The translations under genes and the position numbers were made by a program. Positions 46,139 through 57,588 of a stretch of DNA of 64,000 nt are shown here, piece after piece (position 1 is the stretch's first letter; each line of letters begins with the position of its first letter). The stretch comes from Anaerohalosphaeraceae bacterium. Its GTDB lineage: Bacteria > Planctomycetota > Phycisphaerae > Sedimentisphaerales > Anaerohalosphaeraceae. The notes beneath the pieces are model-generated. The model searched no databases and had not been told where the DNA came from. It was given only the letters and a program-made list of their open reading frames with translations. Location of the stretch: assembly GCA_050309605.1 (NCBI GenBank), contig JBNRMN010000033.1:192001-256000 (forward strand), in the 5' to 3' direction.

Positions 46139-49100
46139 TTACATTCCCCATTCTTCGGCCATTACGGCAAAATCCCGCACATCCACAAAACAATCACCTT
46201 CGGCTATATCGGCTTGCAGCGGACAATCAGCCGGATCGCCGCCGGTAAGCCATTGCTCGGCCAGAATCATAAAATCCAGCAGTGTGATGCGGCAATCGCC
46301 CGTCAAGTCCGCCCGCAAGGTACAGGGGATGATGACCTCGGCGCTGCCGGTCGCGGTGATCAGGACGCCGTCCCACGCGGCGCTGTAGGGGTACCTGCCG
46401 CCGGTCAATTCGGTTTGGACGGGATACTCGGCAAGGCCGTTATCATCGGTTTGGGCGGTGTCGTGTTCCGGCGTGCCGTCGCCGTCGCTGTCGAAGGTAA
46501 AGACCACCGTCTGAGCGGCAATGGGGTGGCCTGAGCCGTTTTTCAGGACGGCCCGCAGTGTCCCTTCGCTCAAACCGTTGTTGATCAGCAGCTCTGCGTC
46601 GTCAACGGTCAGCGTCGCGCCGTCAATGACATCGCCGATGCCGTTGTGATTGCTGTCGGCCTGGTCGGGATTATAGACGGTCGGGGCGTTGTCGAATGCC
46701 ATCGCGAGGGCGTAATCGCCCATCGTCATCGGTTGGCCGTTGGCCTTGACAAAGTCCAGCAGGGTCATCCACATCTGCCAGCGCTGCGGATCGACCATAT
46801 TGTTTTCGCGGTTAATCCCGCCGGGCGCGGTCGGGCACGGCTCAAGCCGCTCCAGATCGTTGCAATAACGTGTGCTCCATTCCACTTCTTCGATCAGCCA
46901 TACGTTTAATTGGCCGTAACGGGTAATTGAGTTCAGATACTGCTGATAGGTCGAGTTGCCCTGTCCTTTCATTTCCGGATCGACTTGCAGATGGGCGCTG
47001 GCGTGAAACATACCGAACGGGTCAAATTGCTCCTGATGGGACCCTTCCGGGGTAAACAGCGAACTGTTTTCTTCCCAGACACTGGCGCTGAAGGCTACAA
47101 ATCCCAGCCGCGATGTTGCATCCCGGCTTACGGTGTCCGACGTATTAAACGGCGGCGCGTAGCTGATCAGCGGATTGGCGGCGTTGGTCCAGTCGATCCG
47201 CGGTGAGGTATCCGGGTCGGCCCCGGAATCCAGAAGCCACCCGTCATCATAATCGCCCAGCAGCGTCCGCTGTCCGATGCGCAGATATTGAAACATTTCC
47301 TCCAGGGTAAAGCCGCACGTCTCACAGGAATAGAAATTCCGGTCGGGCATATCCGCCCAGTCGCCCAGCGGCGTATTGTTGTTGTGGTAGGTGCCGTGCT
47401 GGCCGATTTCAAGATTGGGATTGTCGAGTCGCGCGTTGATCCAGCGAATCGGGTCGGGATCGCCGAAGGCATTCCACAGTTTTTTGGGGATGACGACCAG
47501 GGTAATCGGTACCTCTTTTCCGCCGGGCAGATCGGCGGGGACTTCATAGCCGGGGGTGGCCGGTTCGTCGCCGATACCGTTATAGCTGAAGTTTTTGTTC
47601 TGTTCCCACTCGTCGGGAGTGAGTATCGCGGCATCGGTCATCGTCTGTGTAAACTCATTCTGAAAGGCGCGTCCCAGTGCATCGATGCGGAGAATAAAAT
47701 GGGTGTCGCTGTGTGACCAAACAGCCTTGGCCTGCTGCGCTTTTTGATACAGCTCCGGATCAATCGGTCCGTCATAAATGCCGTCGCCGTCGGTATCTAT
47801 ATTATACAGCGGGTCGGACACATCGCCTCGGCCGTCGCCGTCGCTGTCGGTTTGGTCGGGGTTATAGACAAAGGGGCTGTTGTCCAGTTCATCGGGAATG
47901 CCGTCGTTGTCATCGTCCGGATCCGCCGGATCGCCGATGCCGTCCTGATCATTGTCAAGCTGATCAAGATAATTGACGCCGCCGTCATCATTCATATCCA
48001 GCCGGGGCGCGTTCGGATGCAGCGGGGCGTTGTCATAGCGGTCGATGATGCCGTCGCCGTCGGTGTCCCGGCGATCGCACAGCAGCCCCGTCAGCGTTCC
48101 TTCATAGTTGCCAAAGACAACATCCAGGAAATCATCATCCAGCGGGTTGAGCTGTCCTGCCGCCAGCCCGCGTGCATCGGTTCCGGCTGCGCCGATGAGT
48201 CCGGCGTAGGTAAACCGCGGTCGCTGCGCACCATCGTTTCCGGTGTTGAGCCACAGGCCGACCCGTCCGTCCCAGACGCCGTCGCTGCTGCCGGTGACGA
48301 AATCGACCAAACCATCGCCGTTAAAGTCGCCGCAGGCAATGGCCAGTTCGCTGGTAAAGGTTTCCTGCGCTCGAACCAGTGCATAGGGTCGTGTTCCGAT
48401 GGTTTCATATCGAATCGGCGAAAAGCCGCCGCTGCCGTTGTTGCGATAGATATACACATAACTGGCGCGGTCGGTAACCAGCAGGTCGAGATGTCCGTCG
48501 CCGTCCATGTCGCCCAGCGCCAATCCGTAGGCGTGCAGATATGAGGCCGGCGGATAGTAAGGCGGGCTTTCAGGGTCGAGCATGTTTTCGGCTGAGACGA
48601 GGGTTTGCGTCGTCCAGATTGGTTGACCGTTGGAGTCGTTTCCGCCGTTGCGGAACAGGATAATATCGGCTCTATTGTTGGCCGAGGCCAGGATGTCTCC
48701 GGCGATGATATCGACACGGCCGCTGCCGTCCACATCGCCGGCGGTGATTGCCATTACGTCCGTGCCGACGCTGCCGACAACCAGCCCGACCTGCGGAAAG
48801 CCGCTTGATTGGAAAGTGCCGTCGCCGTTGCCCGGATAGAGGTGAATCTGTCCGTCGGCAATAGACGGCGCGTAATCGGCCGTCATCGTGAGTGCCAGGT
48901 CGAGGTTGCCGTCGCCGTTGAAATCACCGACCGCCAGCCCGTAAGCGTTGTGATACGCCTGGTTGATGACCACGCCTGCATAGACAAACGTCCCGTCGCC
49001 GACGCCCAGCAGCAGATGCACATCGCCCCAGGTATCGCCGCTGACGATGTCCGGTACGCCGTCGTTGTTGAAGTCGCCTGTGCCGAGGCCCCAGGCGCGC

Positions 49101-49255
49101 GTGCGTCCGTCGGGCAATTGGGTCAGTGTGACGGCGTCAAATCCCGGCTGGAGGACTTGTGCCGAGACAACTGAGCAGTGGCTCAGCATCAGCAGCACAA
49201 ACAAGGTTATGATGGTTGTCGTGTACGCACGGGTTGTCTGTCTGTACGGGTTCAT
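46139..49255 (-). CDS. Large secreted mosaic protein: FG-GAP repeats, TSP3 repeats, deacetylase-like domain, Ig-like domain, dockerin-like pair
   Basis: GDFNxDG repeats; DTDGDGI and DDDNDGIPD repeats; LRID...QHGTYH...[20 protein letters not shown] at the C-terminus. Start placed at 49255 after GAAAGGA. Confidence 0.82.
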   Translation of the reverse strand: MNPYRQTTRAYTTTIITLFVLLMLSHCSVVSAQVLQPGFDAVTLTQLPDGRTRAWGLGTGDFNNDGVPDIVSGDTWGDVHLLLGVGDGTFVYAGVVINQAYHNAYGLAVGDFNGDGNLDLALTMTADYAPSIADGQIHLYPGNGDGTFQSSGFPQVGLVVGSVGTDVMAITAGDVDGSGRVDIIAGDILASANNRADIILFRNGGNDSNGQPIWTTQTLVSAENMLDPESPPYYPPASYLHAYGLALGDMDGDGHLDLLVTDRASYVYIYRNNGSGGFSPIRYETIGTRPYALVRAQETFTSELAIACGDFNGDGLVDFVTGSSDGVWDGRVGLWLNTGNDGAQRPRFTYAGLIGAAGTDARGLAAGQLNPLDDDFLDVVFGNYEGTLTGLLCDRRDTDGDGIIDRYDNAPLHPNAPRLDMNDDGGVNYLDQLDNDQDGIGDPADPDDDNDGIPDELDNSPFVYNPDQTDSDGDGRGDVSDPLYNIDTDGDGIYDGPIDPELYQKAQQAKAVWSHSDTHFILRIDALGRAFQNEFTQTMTDAAILTPDEWEQNKNFSYNGIGDEPATPGYEVPADLPGGKEVPITLVVIPKKLWNAFGDPDPIRWINARLDNPNLEIGQHGTYHNNNTPLGDWADMPDRNFYSCETCGFTLEEMFQYLRIGQRTLLGDYDDGWLLDSGADPDTSPRIDWTNAANPLISYAPPFNTSDTVSRDATSRLGFVAFSASVWEENSSLFTPEGSHQEQFDPFGMFHASAHLQVDPEMKGQGNSTYQQYLNSITRYGQLNVWLIEEVEWSTRYCNDLERLEPCPTAPGGINRENNMVDPQRWQMWMTLLDFVKANGQPMTMGDYALAMAFDNAPTVYNPDQADSNHNGIGDVIDGATLTVDDAELLINNGLSEGTLRAVLKNGSGHPIAAQTVVFTFDSDGDGTPEHDTAQTDDNGLAEYPVQTELTGGRYPYSAAWDGVLITATGSAEVIIPCTLRADLTGDCRITLLDFMILAEQWLTGGDPADCPLQADIAEGDCFVDVRDFAVMAEEWGM

Positions 49256-49350
49256 CAAGCCCATCCTTTCTGCGCGAAAAACCACTGTCGGATGCATGCT
49301 GTGTTCAGCGTGTTCCGATGTCAAAACTGTAACGCCGTCACTTGTAGGTG

Positions 49351-50064
49351 TTAACGGCCGCGCCGTCGGGGCAGCACTGTCGCTGCCATACCGAGCAACA
49401 CCAGCGTTGCCGGTTCCGGCACGGCGACAAATTCCCACATCACGCCTGATGAGCGCATCGACACATAGGTGTCGTTCTGTGCCGCCTGGGTAACGGTGTA
49501 GGTCGTGCCGGTTGTAAGCAACACCTCTTTAGCGATACGCAGCCAGGCGTTGTTGGCGCCGAGAAAGACGGTTCCGGGCGGAGGATTCTCCACACCGGCC
49601 TCGGCCAGCGCCACCGTGCCGCCGGTATTCATATCGATATCGGTCAGCACGGTTTGTCCACCCTCATGGGTAATCGTCAAATCGCACAGCGAACTGACAT
49701 TCGTGGAGGCCGGCCAGGTGATATACACGTTGTAATAGCCGGTCTGTCCGCCTGGCAGATTGGTCGAATAGACGCCGTTGCCGAAATACCGATTGTCCAG
49801 CGGGACGGTCCAGTTGTCCGCATCCACTCCCGGCGTGTAGGAATAGACATAGACATCGGGGAAGGGGTCTTGGTTACCCCAGGCGTGGGTCGCGGCGGTT
49901 AAGCCCGGTGCGCTGCCGGGCGGTGCGCTGAACCGCGGCGTTCCGCTGCTGCTGAAGTGGTCGCCGGCCAGGCCCGACGGTTCGACGATAAACGCCGCTT
50001 GTAACGGCAAAATCAAGGCCGCTGCTACGGCAAGGCACAGAAAATACGTTGTTCGATGTTTCAT
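49351..50064 (-). CDS. PEP-CTERM secreted protein
   Basis: Signal peptide [11 protein letters not shown]...; C-terminal [31 protein letters not shown]. Confidence 0.9.
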   Translation of the reverse strand: MKHRTTYFLCLAVAAALILPLQAAFIVEPSGLAGDHFSSSGTPRFSAPPGSAPGLTAATHAWGNQDPFPDVYVYSYTPGVDADNWTVPLDNRYFGNGVYSTNLPGGQTGYYNVYITWPASTNVSSLCDLTITHEGGQTVLTDIDMNTGGTVALAEAGVENPPPGTVFLGANNAWLRIAKEVLLTTGTTYTVTQAAQNDTYVSMRSSGVMWEFVAVPEPATLVLLGMAATVLPRRRGR

Positions 50065-50303
50065 ACGAGAACCCTCCAATAAGTTAAAGAAATGAGATAG
50101 AAAATATCCGCACTGGCATGATATGTTGCTATGCAAGAACTGTATGGCTTCATTTCATCACCTCCGCTCCCGCCTTAGATTATTAATTCTATTATAGACG
50201 ATTGAATTTGAAAAATCAATAGGTTGCCGTCGGGTTTGCCGCAAATCGTTTGGGAACAGACCCAACTACCTAAAAAAAACAAAGATCAATCAGATTTAAG
50301 TGG

Positions 50304-50741
50304 TTACTCCGACTTTTTGAGTTTTTTATCCAGCGGCGACAGTCCCCACAAAATCAGCAGGGTCAACACGGTGGTCACAACGGCCGTGTGGTAGCGGCCC
50401 AGGCCACAGGCGATGCCCACACCGGTGACCAGCCAAATCGTTGCGGCGGTGGTCAGCCCGTGGACGTTGCCCTGGGTATGCATCAGGGCGCCGGCACCGA
50501 GGAAACCGACGCCGGTGATGATGCCCTGAATGACGCGCGCTTCTGCGTTGGCGTTGCCGTCGGTAAGACTGGTGCACAGCAGGGTAAAGACCGTCGCGGC
50601 CATACAGATCATCATATTGGTGCGCAGGCCGGCGGGTTTGCGGTGCATCTGTCGTTCCAATCCGATCAACCCACCCAAGGCCATCGCCGTCGCCAGCGGG
50701 GCGATTTCCAATTCCGTCAGTTTGGCAAACAGGTCGTTCAT
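50304..50741 (-). CDS. MgtC/SapB family membrane protein
   Basis: GLIGLERQ...PAGLRT, GIITGVGFLGAG, GLTTAATIW. Confidence 0.92.
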   Translation of the reverse strand: MNDLFAKLTELEIAPLATAMALGGLIGLERQMHRKPAGLRTNMMICMAATVFTLLCTSLTDGNANAEARVIQGIITGVGFLGAGALMHTQGNVHGLTTAATIWLVTGVGIACGLGRYHTAVVTTVLTLLILWGLSPLDKKLKKSE

Positions 50742-50767
50742 TGACTGTGTCCCTCGTGATAAATTAA

Positions 50768-51541
50768 TTAGTGCAGGCCAAAAAACGAGCGGCTTGTTGC
50801 GGTTGTGATTTCGGCGAATTGCTCCAGCGGCATGCCGTGCAGCTCGGCCAGACAGCGGGCGGTATGAATCAGCAGGGCCGGTTCGTTGGGCTGAATCCGC
50901 CGCACCGGTTCCGGGGAGATATAAGGGCAATCGGTCTCAAGCATGATCCGCTCCGGCGGGATCATTTTGGCTGCTTCGCGCAGGGCGTCGGAGCGTTTGA
51001 AGGTGACCGTGCCGGTAAACGAGACAAAATAGCCGCGGTCCAGCACCTGCCGGGTCTGTTCGGCATGGCCGCCGTAACAGTGAATCACCACGCTGGATAA
51101 TGTGTTGCCGTATTCACCCAGAATCGCCATCGTCTCCTCAAAGGCGTCGCGGGTGTGGATGATGACCGGCTTTTGCATCTCGGCGGCGATGTCCAGATGC
51201 GTGCGAAAGAGTCGTTTCTGGTTGTCCGGCACGGCGTTGTCGTAGTGATAATCCAGACCGGTTTCGCCGACGGCGACGACGCGCTCGTGTTGCAGCGCCT
51301 GTTTCAACTCGTCAATGTCTGTCTCGGTGATGTCGTTGGCGTAGTGCGGGTGATACCCCAGCGCCGCCCACAAGAACGGATACCGCGACAACAGTTTTAG
51401 TACACGCCGGATGTGCGTGCGGTCGGTGCCGATGGTGATCCATTCCACGACGCCGGCCACCCGACTGCGGGACAAGACGTCATCGACCTGATTCTGCAAT
51501 TCATCAAACGTTAAATGTGCGTGTGTATCGATCAGTTCCAT
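50768..51541 (-). CDS. tatD: TatD family hydrolase
   Basis: IDTHAHL, GYHPH, GETGLDY, IHTRDA, IHCY, LETDCPY. Confidence 0.95.
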   Translation of the reverse strand: MELIDTHAHLTFDELQNQVDDVLSRSRVAGVVEWITIGTDRTHIRRVLKLLSRYPFLWAALGYHPHYANDITETDIDELKQALQHERVVAVGETGLDYHYDNAVPDNQKRLFRTHLDIAAEMQKPVIIHTRDAFEETMAILGEYGNTLSSVVIHCYGGHAEQTRQVLDRGYFVSFTGTVTFKRSDALREAAKMIPPERIMLETDCPYISPEPVRRIQPNEPALLIHTARCLAELHGMPLEQFAEITTATSRSFFGLH

Positions 51542-51626
51542 AGACGTATGTTATAAAGATTTGCGGACAAAATGCAACGGTTTTCCCCCGGTTTCCCCCC
51601 GGATTTTCATTGTCAGGTTTTTGTTC

Positions 51627-51655
51627 TTGACTTTTAGTGTCAACTTCAGTAGAAT
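51627..51655 (+). promoter_or_regulatory. sigma70-type promoter
   Basis: TTGACT-N17-TAGAAT. Confidence 0.7.
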
Positions 51656-51778
51656 CGTTGCTGTCTGGTTAAAGGAGTATAATAACCAGCCGAGCACACC
51701 CACGGAGGGAGATGTCAATTTTACCCTTTAAATGTTAAACAGAGGTTCCGTTTAGCGGGAGAAGAAAGGTGATGGGTG

Positions 51779-52645
51779 ATGAAAAGGTATAGGACGATTC
51801 TGGCATTGGGATGGGTGGTACTGACAATGGGCGGCGTGGCACAAGCGGCGATCCTGGGCATTGACTTCGATGGGGCTGGATATGTAGCCGGCCAGCATCC
51901 GCCCTTGCCCTGGAGAGACAATAGTCCCAACCTCACTGTTGGAGCCGGCGTAGGGTATCTGGGTACGCAGGGACTGGTACTGAGCAATAATCCGGCCAAT
52001 GCGGCGGTCTATGATTTGCCAACCCCGCTGAGTTCCGACATGGGGGCTTTGACCATTGAGATATTCGTCAATCCCCAAGGTTATTCTTGGAATTATGGGG
52101 GGGTGGCCGGCATCACACTTATGGGCAATGATCCATACGCACATGGTGGCGTGACTTTTGACTATTCTGCCGGCAAATCCCGGATAATCTGCTATCACAG
52201 GATAGGGTACGACACGATGGTGCAGACCAATATGGGTTCATTTACAAACTTTCAGTGGTATCAGGTCACCATCGATATCGACGAGGACTGGGAAAACATA
52301 ACATTCAATGTCGGCCCGGTTGGCGAGACAATGCTCTCGGCGACGAAGCCGTACAACGGCCGTACAATCAATCGTTTTCATCTCCGTAAGAATGACGAAT
52401 CATCACGGACGGCGATTTACGATAATCTCAGTGTTATCGCCATCCCCGCCTGCCCGTCGGCCGATTTGACCGGCGACTGCTTTGTGGATATGGCGGATTT
52501 TGCGGTGATCGCTCAATGGTGGCTTGACAACTGCGACGTTTCCAACGACTTTTGCGACGGTGCAGATTTTCAGGCATCCGGCCAGGTCACCGTTGATGAA
52601 TTGCTAACGGTAGCACTTCAGTGGTTGGAGGGTGAGCGAATTTAA
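51779..52645 (+). CDS. Secreted beta-rich protein with C-terminal dockerin-like domain
   Basis: Signal peptide ending AQA; ADLTGDCFVDMADFAVIAQWWL and a second degenerate repeat. Confidence 0.82.
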   Translation: MKRYRTILALGWVVLTMGGVAQAAILGIDFDGAGYVAGQHPPLPWRDNSPNLTVGAGVGYLGTQGLVLSNNPANAAVYDLPTPLSSDMGALTIEIFVNPQGYSWNYGGVAGITLMGNDPYAHGGVTFDYSAGKSRIICYHRIGYDTMVQTNMGSFTNFQWYQVTIDIDEDWENITFNVGPVGETMLSATKPYNGRTINRFHLRKNDESSRTAIYDNLSVIAIPACPSADLTGDCFVDMADFAVIAQWWLDNCDVSNDFCDGADFQASGQVTVDELLTVALQWLEGERI

Positions 52646-52734
52646 GAGATGGATGTTATATGAGATTATACCATCGACTGAGGGAAACCGGACAACCGGG
52701 GACAGTTACCTATTTGAGTGACAAGCGGGCACAT

Positions 52735-53676
52735 TTAACGGTGCCTGTCCCCGGTTTTGGTCCCATTTTCGGTTGTATCGGTGCTCTGTTTTTTCATTGT
52801 CATCAGGCGGCGTCTGAGCAGATGCAGCCAGAGCCATCGTGTCAGACCGCTAAGGGCAAAGCCGCCGAAAGAAATCACCAGCGCCAGTTGCAGTCCGCAC
52901 AAAAAAATCATCCCGACGATCACACCCGTCCAGGCCAGATAGGTAATGGGCTTTCGTCCGCGCAGGTATTGATTGACCACGTGGGGATACCGAATGCGGC
53001 TGACCATCAGGACGCCGGCGCCGATGGTCACAAACGGCAGGATGTAGAGAATCGTCCATCGCAGCATGGTAAACAGCGGTGTCTCGGAGGCCGCATCGTA
53101 AAGGATGTGCTGAAAAAACACCACCAGACTGGCCAGGACGCCGGCTGCGGCGGGGCTGGGCAGTCCGGTAAAGCTCAGGTGGGCGGTTTCGTCCTCGGTG
53201 TTTTCGACGTTGAATCGCGCCAGTCGAATCGCGCAGCAGCACAAAAACGTAACGCAGCCAAGCCAGATGAACCGCTCGAAGAAATCGCCGAAGAACGGCT
53301 CGGCCGAGCCGACCAGTTGGCCGTGATAATGCAGCATCAGATTGAGCACCAGAAACGCCGGTGCTGCGCCGAAGCTGAGCATATCGCACAGGCTGTCAAG
53401 CTGGCCGCCGAAGCTGGAGGTCGAGTGGCTCATTCGCGCGACGCGCCCGTCGAGCATATCGGCGATCATGGCAATGAAGATTGCGTATCCGGCCAGTGCG
53501 AAAGACGCCGGCCCCTTGGCGGCCAGTCCGATGGCGGCAAACCCTGCGATGCCGTTGACCAGGGTGATCAATGACGGCAGGATGGCGATGGTTTTGAGTC
53601 GTCCCTTTCGCATCTGCCGCATAAACCGGCGATGCGGGATGACTTTGCTGTCATCTGTTTTCGGATGTATGTTCAT
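52735..53676 (-). CDS. pssA: CDP-diacylglycerol--serine O-phosphatidyltransferase
   Basis: DMLDGRVAR...FGGQLDSLCD, RLARFN, FTGLPSP. Confidence 0.92.
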   Translation of the reverse strand: MNIHPKTDDSKVIPHRRFMRQMRKGRLKTIAILPSLITLVNGIAGFAAIGLAAKGPASFALAGYAIFIAMIADMLDGRVARMSHSTSSFGGQLDSLCDMLSFGAAPAFLVLNLMLHYHGQLVGSAEPFFGDFFERFIWLGCVTFLCCCAIRLARFNVENTEDETAHLSFTGLPSPAAAGVLASLVVFFQHILYDAASETPLFTMLRWTILYILPFVTIGAGVLMVSRIRYPHVVNQYLRGRKPITYLAWTGVIVGMIFLCGLQLALVISFGGFALSGLTRWLWLHLLRRRLMTMKKQSTDTTENGTKTGDRHR

Positions 53677-54379
53677 AGCGTCCCAACACGGTTAAACCGG
53701 CTTTGACCTTGTCGCCCTTTTGAACCCGACATTGCAGCGACGGTCGGGCCGGGGCATACAGTTCCGTGCACGAGCCGAACTTGATCATTCCAAAATGCCG
53801 GCCGGCCTCGTATCTCTCGTCGGTTTTGGCCCGACAGACGATCCGCCGGGCGATGGCGCCGGAAATCTGGCGCACCAGCAGGCGATCGTTCGGCTCGTCC
53901 AGACGGAACATTTCGATCTCGTTGGCCTCATTGACCTTGCTGCATTCGGGGTTTCTGGCGTCGAGAAATCGCCCCGGCTTATAATGAATTTTCCCGATAC
54001 GAACCCGACACGGCGTTCGGTTGATGTGGACATTGAAGATACTCAAAAAGATTTCAATTCGCAATACCGGCCCGTCAAAGCCGTCGCATTGGTCCAGTGT
54101 CTCTACGGCGGTGATGGTTCCGTCAGCCGGCGAAAGCAGGGCCGCCGGGTCGTCCGGAATCGGCCGCAGCGGGTCGCGAAAAAACGCCAGCATCCAGACC
54201 AACACAATAAACAGCAGCAGCTCCGGCAGCCACAGGGTGATATGGCCCAGCACAGCGCACTGGCAGTGCGGCTTGATGACCAGCCGGAAAAGAACGGCGT
54301 ACAACACCATCGCGGCCAGGATGACCGCCGGATAGAGCGCCGCCTGCGGCAGGCCGTATTTGGTTATCGGGATTCGCAT
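53651..54379 (-). CDS. psd: Phosphatidylserine decarboxylase proenzyme
   Basis: FFRDP, SPADG, IFLSIFNVH, IARRI, KFGS cleavage site; start at ATG 54379. Confidence 0.93.
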   Translation of the reverse strand: MRIPITKYGLPQAALYPAVILAAMVLYAVLFRLVIKPHCQCAVLGHITLWLPELLLFIVLVWMLAFFRDPLRPIPDDPAALLSPADGTITAVETLDQCDGFDGPVLRIEIFLSIFNVHINRTPCRVRIGKIHYKPGRFLDARNPECSKVNEANEIEMFRLDEPNDRLLVRQISGAIARRIVCRAKTDERYEAGRHFGMIKFGSCTELYAPARPSLQCRVQKGDKVKAGLTVLGRYEHTSENR

Positions 54380-54583
54380 GGCGGTAGCATACGGCAAGAG
54401 CGGGGAAAAATCAAGCCTTGATAATCTTAAAACAGACAAAACAAGCCCATTGTGTAAAGTTTGTTTTGATTGGGCGGATTTCTCAGCGGTGTACCTGGAT
54501 CGATGTTTTCCCTTTTCAACTCGGCGCATCAGGCGTTATGATAGCCTGCTTTTATGTGACTGATATACATTCGGGATGATGCA

Positions 54584-55555
54584 ATGAAGATTGGAGATTT
54601 GGAACTGACGATGCCGTTCGTGCAGGCGGCTTTGGCCGGCTATACGGATTATCCGATGCGCAAGCTCGCTCGGCGGTTCGGTTGTCCGCTGACATTGACG
54701 GGAGTGATGCTGGATCGCATCGCGCTGCATCCGAAGGCGATTCGTCAGGCGAAGTTTCACCCGCACGACGATGAGCATCCGGTCGCGGCGCAGATTCTCG
54801 GCGACGACCCGCAGACCCTGGCGGCGTCGGCGTCGGTGTTTGAGCGGCTCGGTTATGATATGATTGATCTGAATTTTGCCTGTCCGGTTTTGAAGGTGCT
54901 TCGACGTCGGCGCGGGGGTTTTCTGATGCAAAAACCGGCGTTGGTTCGACAGGCCATTCGGCAGACGCGCGACGCGGTGTCCTGTCCGGTGATGATGAAG
55001 ATTCGCATCGGATTTGATCACAGTGAAGCGTCCGAGGACGATTTTTGGGCGATCTGTGCCGCGGCCGCTGAGGAAGGCGTCGATATGCTGGCCGTTCACG
55101 GTCGGACCGTCGATCAAAAATATCGCGGCAAGGCCGACTGGACACGGATCGCCGAGATTAAGCGACGGTTTCCGAATCTGACGGTTTTTGGCAGCGGGGA
55201 CATCTTCAGCGCCGATACCGCCTTTGAGCGATTGACCGAGACCGGTATTGACGGCGTCCTCATTGCCCGCGGGGCCATCGGCAATCCGTGGATCTTCAGC
55301 GAGCTGCTGGCCCGCCGGCAAGGCCGGCCCGCACCGGCCGAGCCGACTTTGGCTGAGCAGCAGCGCGTGATGCTGGAGCATTTTGAATTGATCCGCCAAT
55401 CGCGGCCGGGCGCAAGGGCGGTGTCGTTCTTTCGAAAGTTTGTCCCCGGCTATGCCAAGCGCCATCCCGAACGCAAGACGGTGATGCTGGCCCTTCTGGC
55501 CGCCCGCAGTCCGGAAGCGCTTTTTGCCGCCATACAAACGCATTACGGAGAATGA
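54584..55555 (+). CDS. tRNA-dihydrouridine synthase (DusB-like)
   Basis: ALAGYTD, DLNFACP, KIRIG, VHGRT, GSGDI, ARGAIGNPW. Confidence 0.93.
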   Translation: MKIGDLELTMPFVQAALAGYTDYPMRKLARRFGCPLTLTGVMLDRIALHPKAIRQAKFHPHDDEHPVAAQILGDDPQTLAASASVFERLGYDMIDLNFACPVLKVLRRRRGGFLMQKPALVRQAIRQTRDAVSCPVMMKIRIGFDHSEASEDDFWAICAAAAEEGVDMLAVHGRTVDQKYRGKADWTRIAEIKRRFPNLTVFGSGDIFSADTAFERLTETGIDGVLIARGAIGNPWIFSELLARRQGRPAPAEPTLAEQQRVMLEHFELIRQSRPGARAVSFFRKFVPGYAKRHPERKTVMLALLAARSPEALFAAIQTHYGE

Positions 55556-55661
55556 ACCCTTGCCTTTTCGATTCACTCTTCTTATTGCCGTTGGTAAATC
55601 AAGATCTTCAAAAAAAAATATTGTTGTACCTTTGGGCGATTTTTCATAAGATCACGGGGTC

Positions 55662-56453
55662 ATGCGTACCGATCTGAAACATATGCTGGCTCGGCATCTG
55701 GAGCTGGATTCGTTCTTTGCCGGTGATTTTTCGATTCGCGGCAAACGGTCGGATCTGATCGCTTCGACGATGCCGCTCTCAGCGGACAGCGAGACAATGA
55801 ACGATACCGCCAAACAGCAGGACAGGATATTCAGCAATGGCGCGGATGCACAGCCGCGGGCACACGTTGAGACGCTTGAGGACATCGCCGCGGCGGTGCG
55901 GCAGTGCCGTTTGTGCGGCCTTGCCGAGAACCGCACCCATGCCGTGCCGGGCCAGGGCCATCCGAAGGCCCGGCTGGTGTTTGTCGGCGAGGGGCCGGGT
56001 GAGGACGAGGATGCCCAGGGCCTGGCCTTTGTCGGCAGGGCAGGCAAGAAACTGACCGAGATCATCGGGGCGATGGGGCTTACGCGGGAGGATGTGTTTA
56101 TCTGCAATGTGGTCAAATGCCGTCCTCCGGGCAATCGCGACCCCCGACCGGATGAGATTATTCAATGTATGCCCTATCTGAAACGTCAGCTTGAGCTGAT
56201 TGGGCCTCAGGTGATTGTGGCGCTGGGGGCTCACGCGGCGCGGACGCTGCTGCAAACCGATGAGGCGATCGGCAAGCTGCGGGGCCGATTTTTTGAGTAC
56301 CGTTTTTCGCAAGACGTGCCGCCGGCGAAACTTATGCCGACTTATCATCCGTCTTACCTGTTGCGCAATTACACGCTTGAGACGCGACGGCGGGTGTGGG
56401 AGGATATGCAGAAAGTCATGCAGGAATTGGGGTTGAAGTCGGCACAGCCCTGA
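55662..56453 (+). CDS. Uracil-DNA glycosylase, family 4 (Fe-S)
   Basis: CRLC, VGEGPG, FVGRAG, NVVKCRPPGNR, TYHPSYLLR; start uncertain. Confidence 0.93.
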   Translation: MRTDLKHMLARHLELDSFFAGDFSIRGKRSDLIASTMPLSADSETMNDTAKQQDRIFSNGADAQPRAHVETLEDIAAAVRQCRLCGLAENRTHAVPGQGHPKARLVFVGEGPGEDEDAQGLAFVGRAGKKLTEIIGAMGLTREDVFICNVVKCRPPGNRDPRPDEIIQCMPYLKRQLELIGPQVIVALGAHAARTLLQTDEAIGKLRGRFFEYRFSQDVPPAKLMPTYHPSYLLRNYTLETRRRVWEDMQKVMQELGLKSAQP

Positions 56454-56688
56454 CGGTTGACGGTACTTTCGGGAACAAAACCTGATTTCGGTGTTTTTAA
56501 GTCCGATAATTTTACATAAAACGCCTTTGTTTTTCATTTTTTTATTGACTTTTCCAAAAAAACTGTTCAAATGCAACTGTGTGGAAAAGTCTGTCGCAGT
56601 CACATGTGGTCTGTGTGAATGCGTGCCTTATAACGGCTCACGGAGAGCCGTGAGGAGAGAAAACAATGGATTTTAGAGGAGAAACACG

Positions 56689-57291
56689 ATGAAAAACGTA
56701 ATGGGTCTTTTGGTCCTGTCGTTGGTCGCCGCGACCGCAAGCGCCGCCGTTCATCCCGGTTACACGTTTCAGTGCTGGCAGTTTGACACCGAACTTATCG
56801 AGCCGGATTTTCAAACAAAGTGGAATCCGTTCGGGGATCCGGTCGCCGACATTGTGGATGTATCCGGTCAGGGCGTTGCGTGGAATTCGGGCGGTTATTG
56901 GGAAGGGCAGGGTTTCCAGGTCGTCATCGGCATTCCCAATCGTCCGGAAGCGGGTCCCTACAAAGAGGTCAAGATTGTGATGGTTTTTCAGGGCGAACTG
57001 GGGGACACGAGCATTGTGGATCCTTCCGGTGCGCCGTTTAGTCTGGTCAGTCGCGACATTGAAGAGCAGGATTCGTCGGGTTGGTACGTTTTGCGCGACA
57101 CGTGGCGTATTGAGCCGAATCCTCTGTCAGAGACGATTACGATCACGTTATTGGGCGATACGTTCCAAAACGCGGCGATTGACCGCATTTGCATTGATAC
57201 GCTTTGTATTCCCGAACCGGCGACGCTGGCAATTTTGGGACTGGGTGCGGTGGTGTTGATTCGCACGCGCAAAAGCGTCTTGCATCCGTAA
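56689..57291 (+). CDS. PEP-CTERM secreted protein
   Basis: Signal peptide; IPEPATLAILGLGAVVLIRTRK; GAGGAG RBS. Confidence 0.92.
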   Translation: MKNVMGLLVLSLVAATASAAVHPGYTFQCWQFDTELIEPDFQTKWNPFGDPVADIVDVSGQGVAWNSGGYWEGQGFQVVIGIPNRPEAGPYKEVKIVMVFQGELGDTSIVDPSGAPFSLVSRDIEEQDSSGWYVLRDTWRIEPNPLSETITITLLGDTFQNAAIDRICIDTLCIPEPATLAILGLGAVVLIRTRKSVLHP

Positions 57292-57370
57292 TCTATTTGG
57301 TACAACGTCGTAGTGATCCGGCGCGTCCGATGGCTGGATGCCGTATGAGCGTGTGTAGAGGTTAATTACT

Positions 57371-57430
57371 ACAACCTGCGCAGCGATGGACATCAGGGGT
57401 TGATGGCTTTCGATGTGCAGGTTGTTTTTT
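57371..57430 (+). terminator. Long hairpin terminator
   Basis: ACAACCTGCGCA...TGTGCAGGTTGT arms with an inner CATCA/TGATG stem, then a T tract. Confidence 0.65.
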
Positions 57431-57588
57431 GCGCATGGGCAGGAGGCTTTCTCTATTTGACCTCAGAAGCCGGACGCATTGCCGTTGGTCGTTCGTTAAA
57501 ACGCAAGGAAATCGCTTGACAGATTGAATGGGTTTCTTATAAATCGCGTTGACTTATTTTGTATGCAAACTGTCAAGATAAAGGACAG

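Noticed and set aside
49256..49438. N-terminal extension of the 1099-aa ORF
   Set aside because: Overlaps the PEP-CTERM gene; the RBS and signal peptide fit a start at 49255
50114..50130. TGGCAT...TTGCT sigma54-like motif
   Set aside because: Spacing is one base too long, and it points away from the adjacent gene
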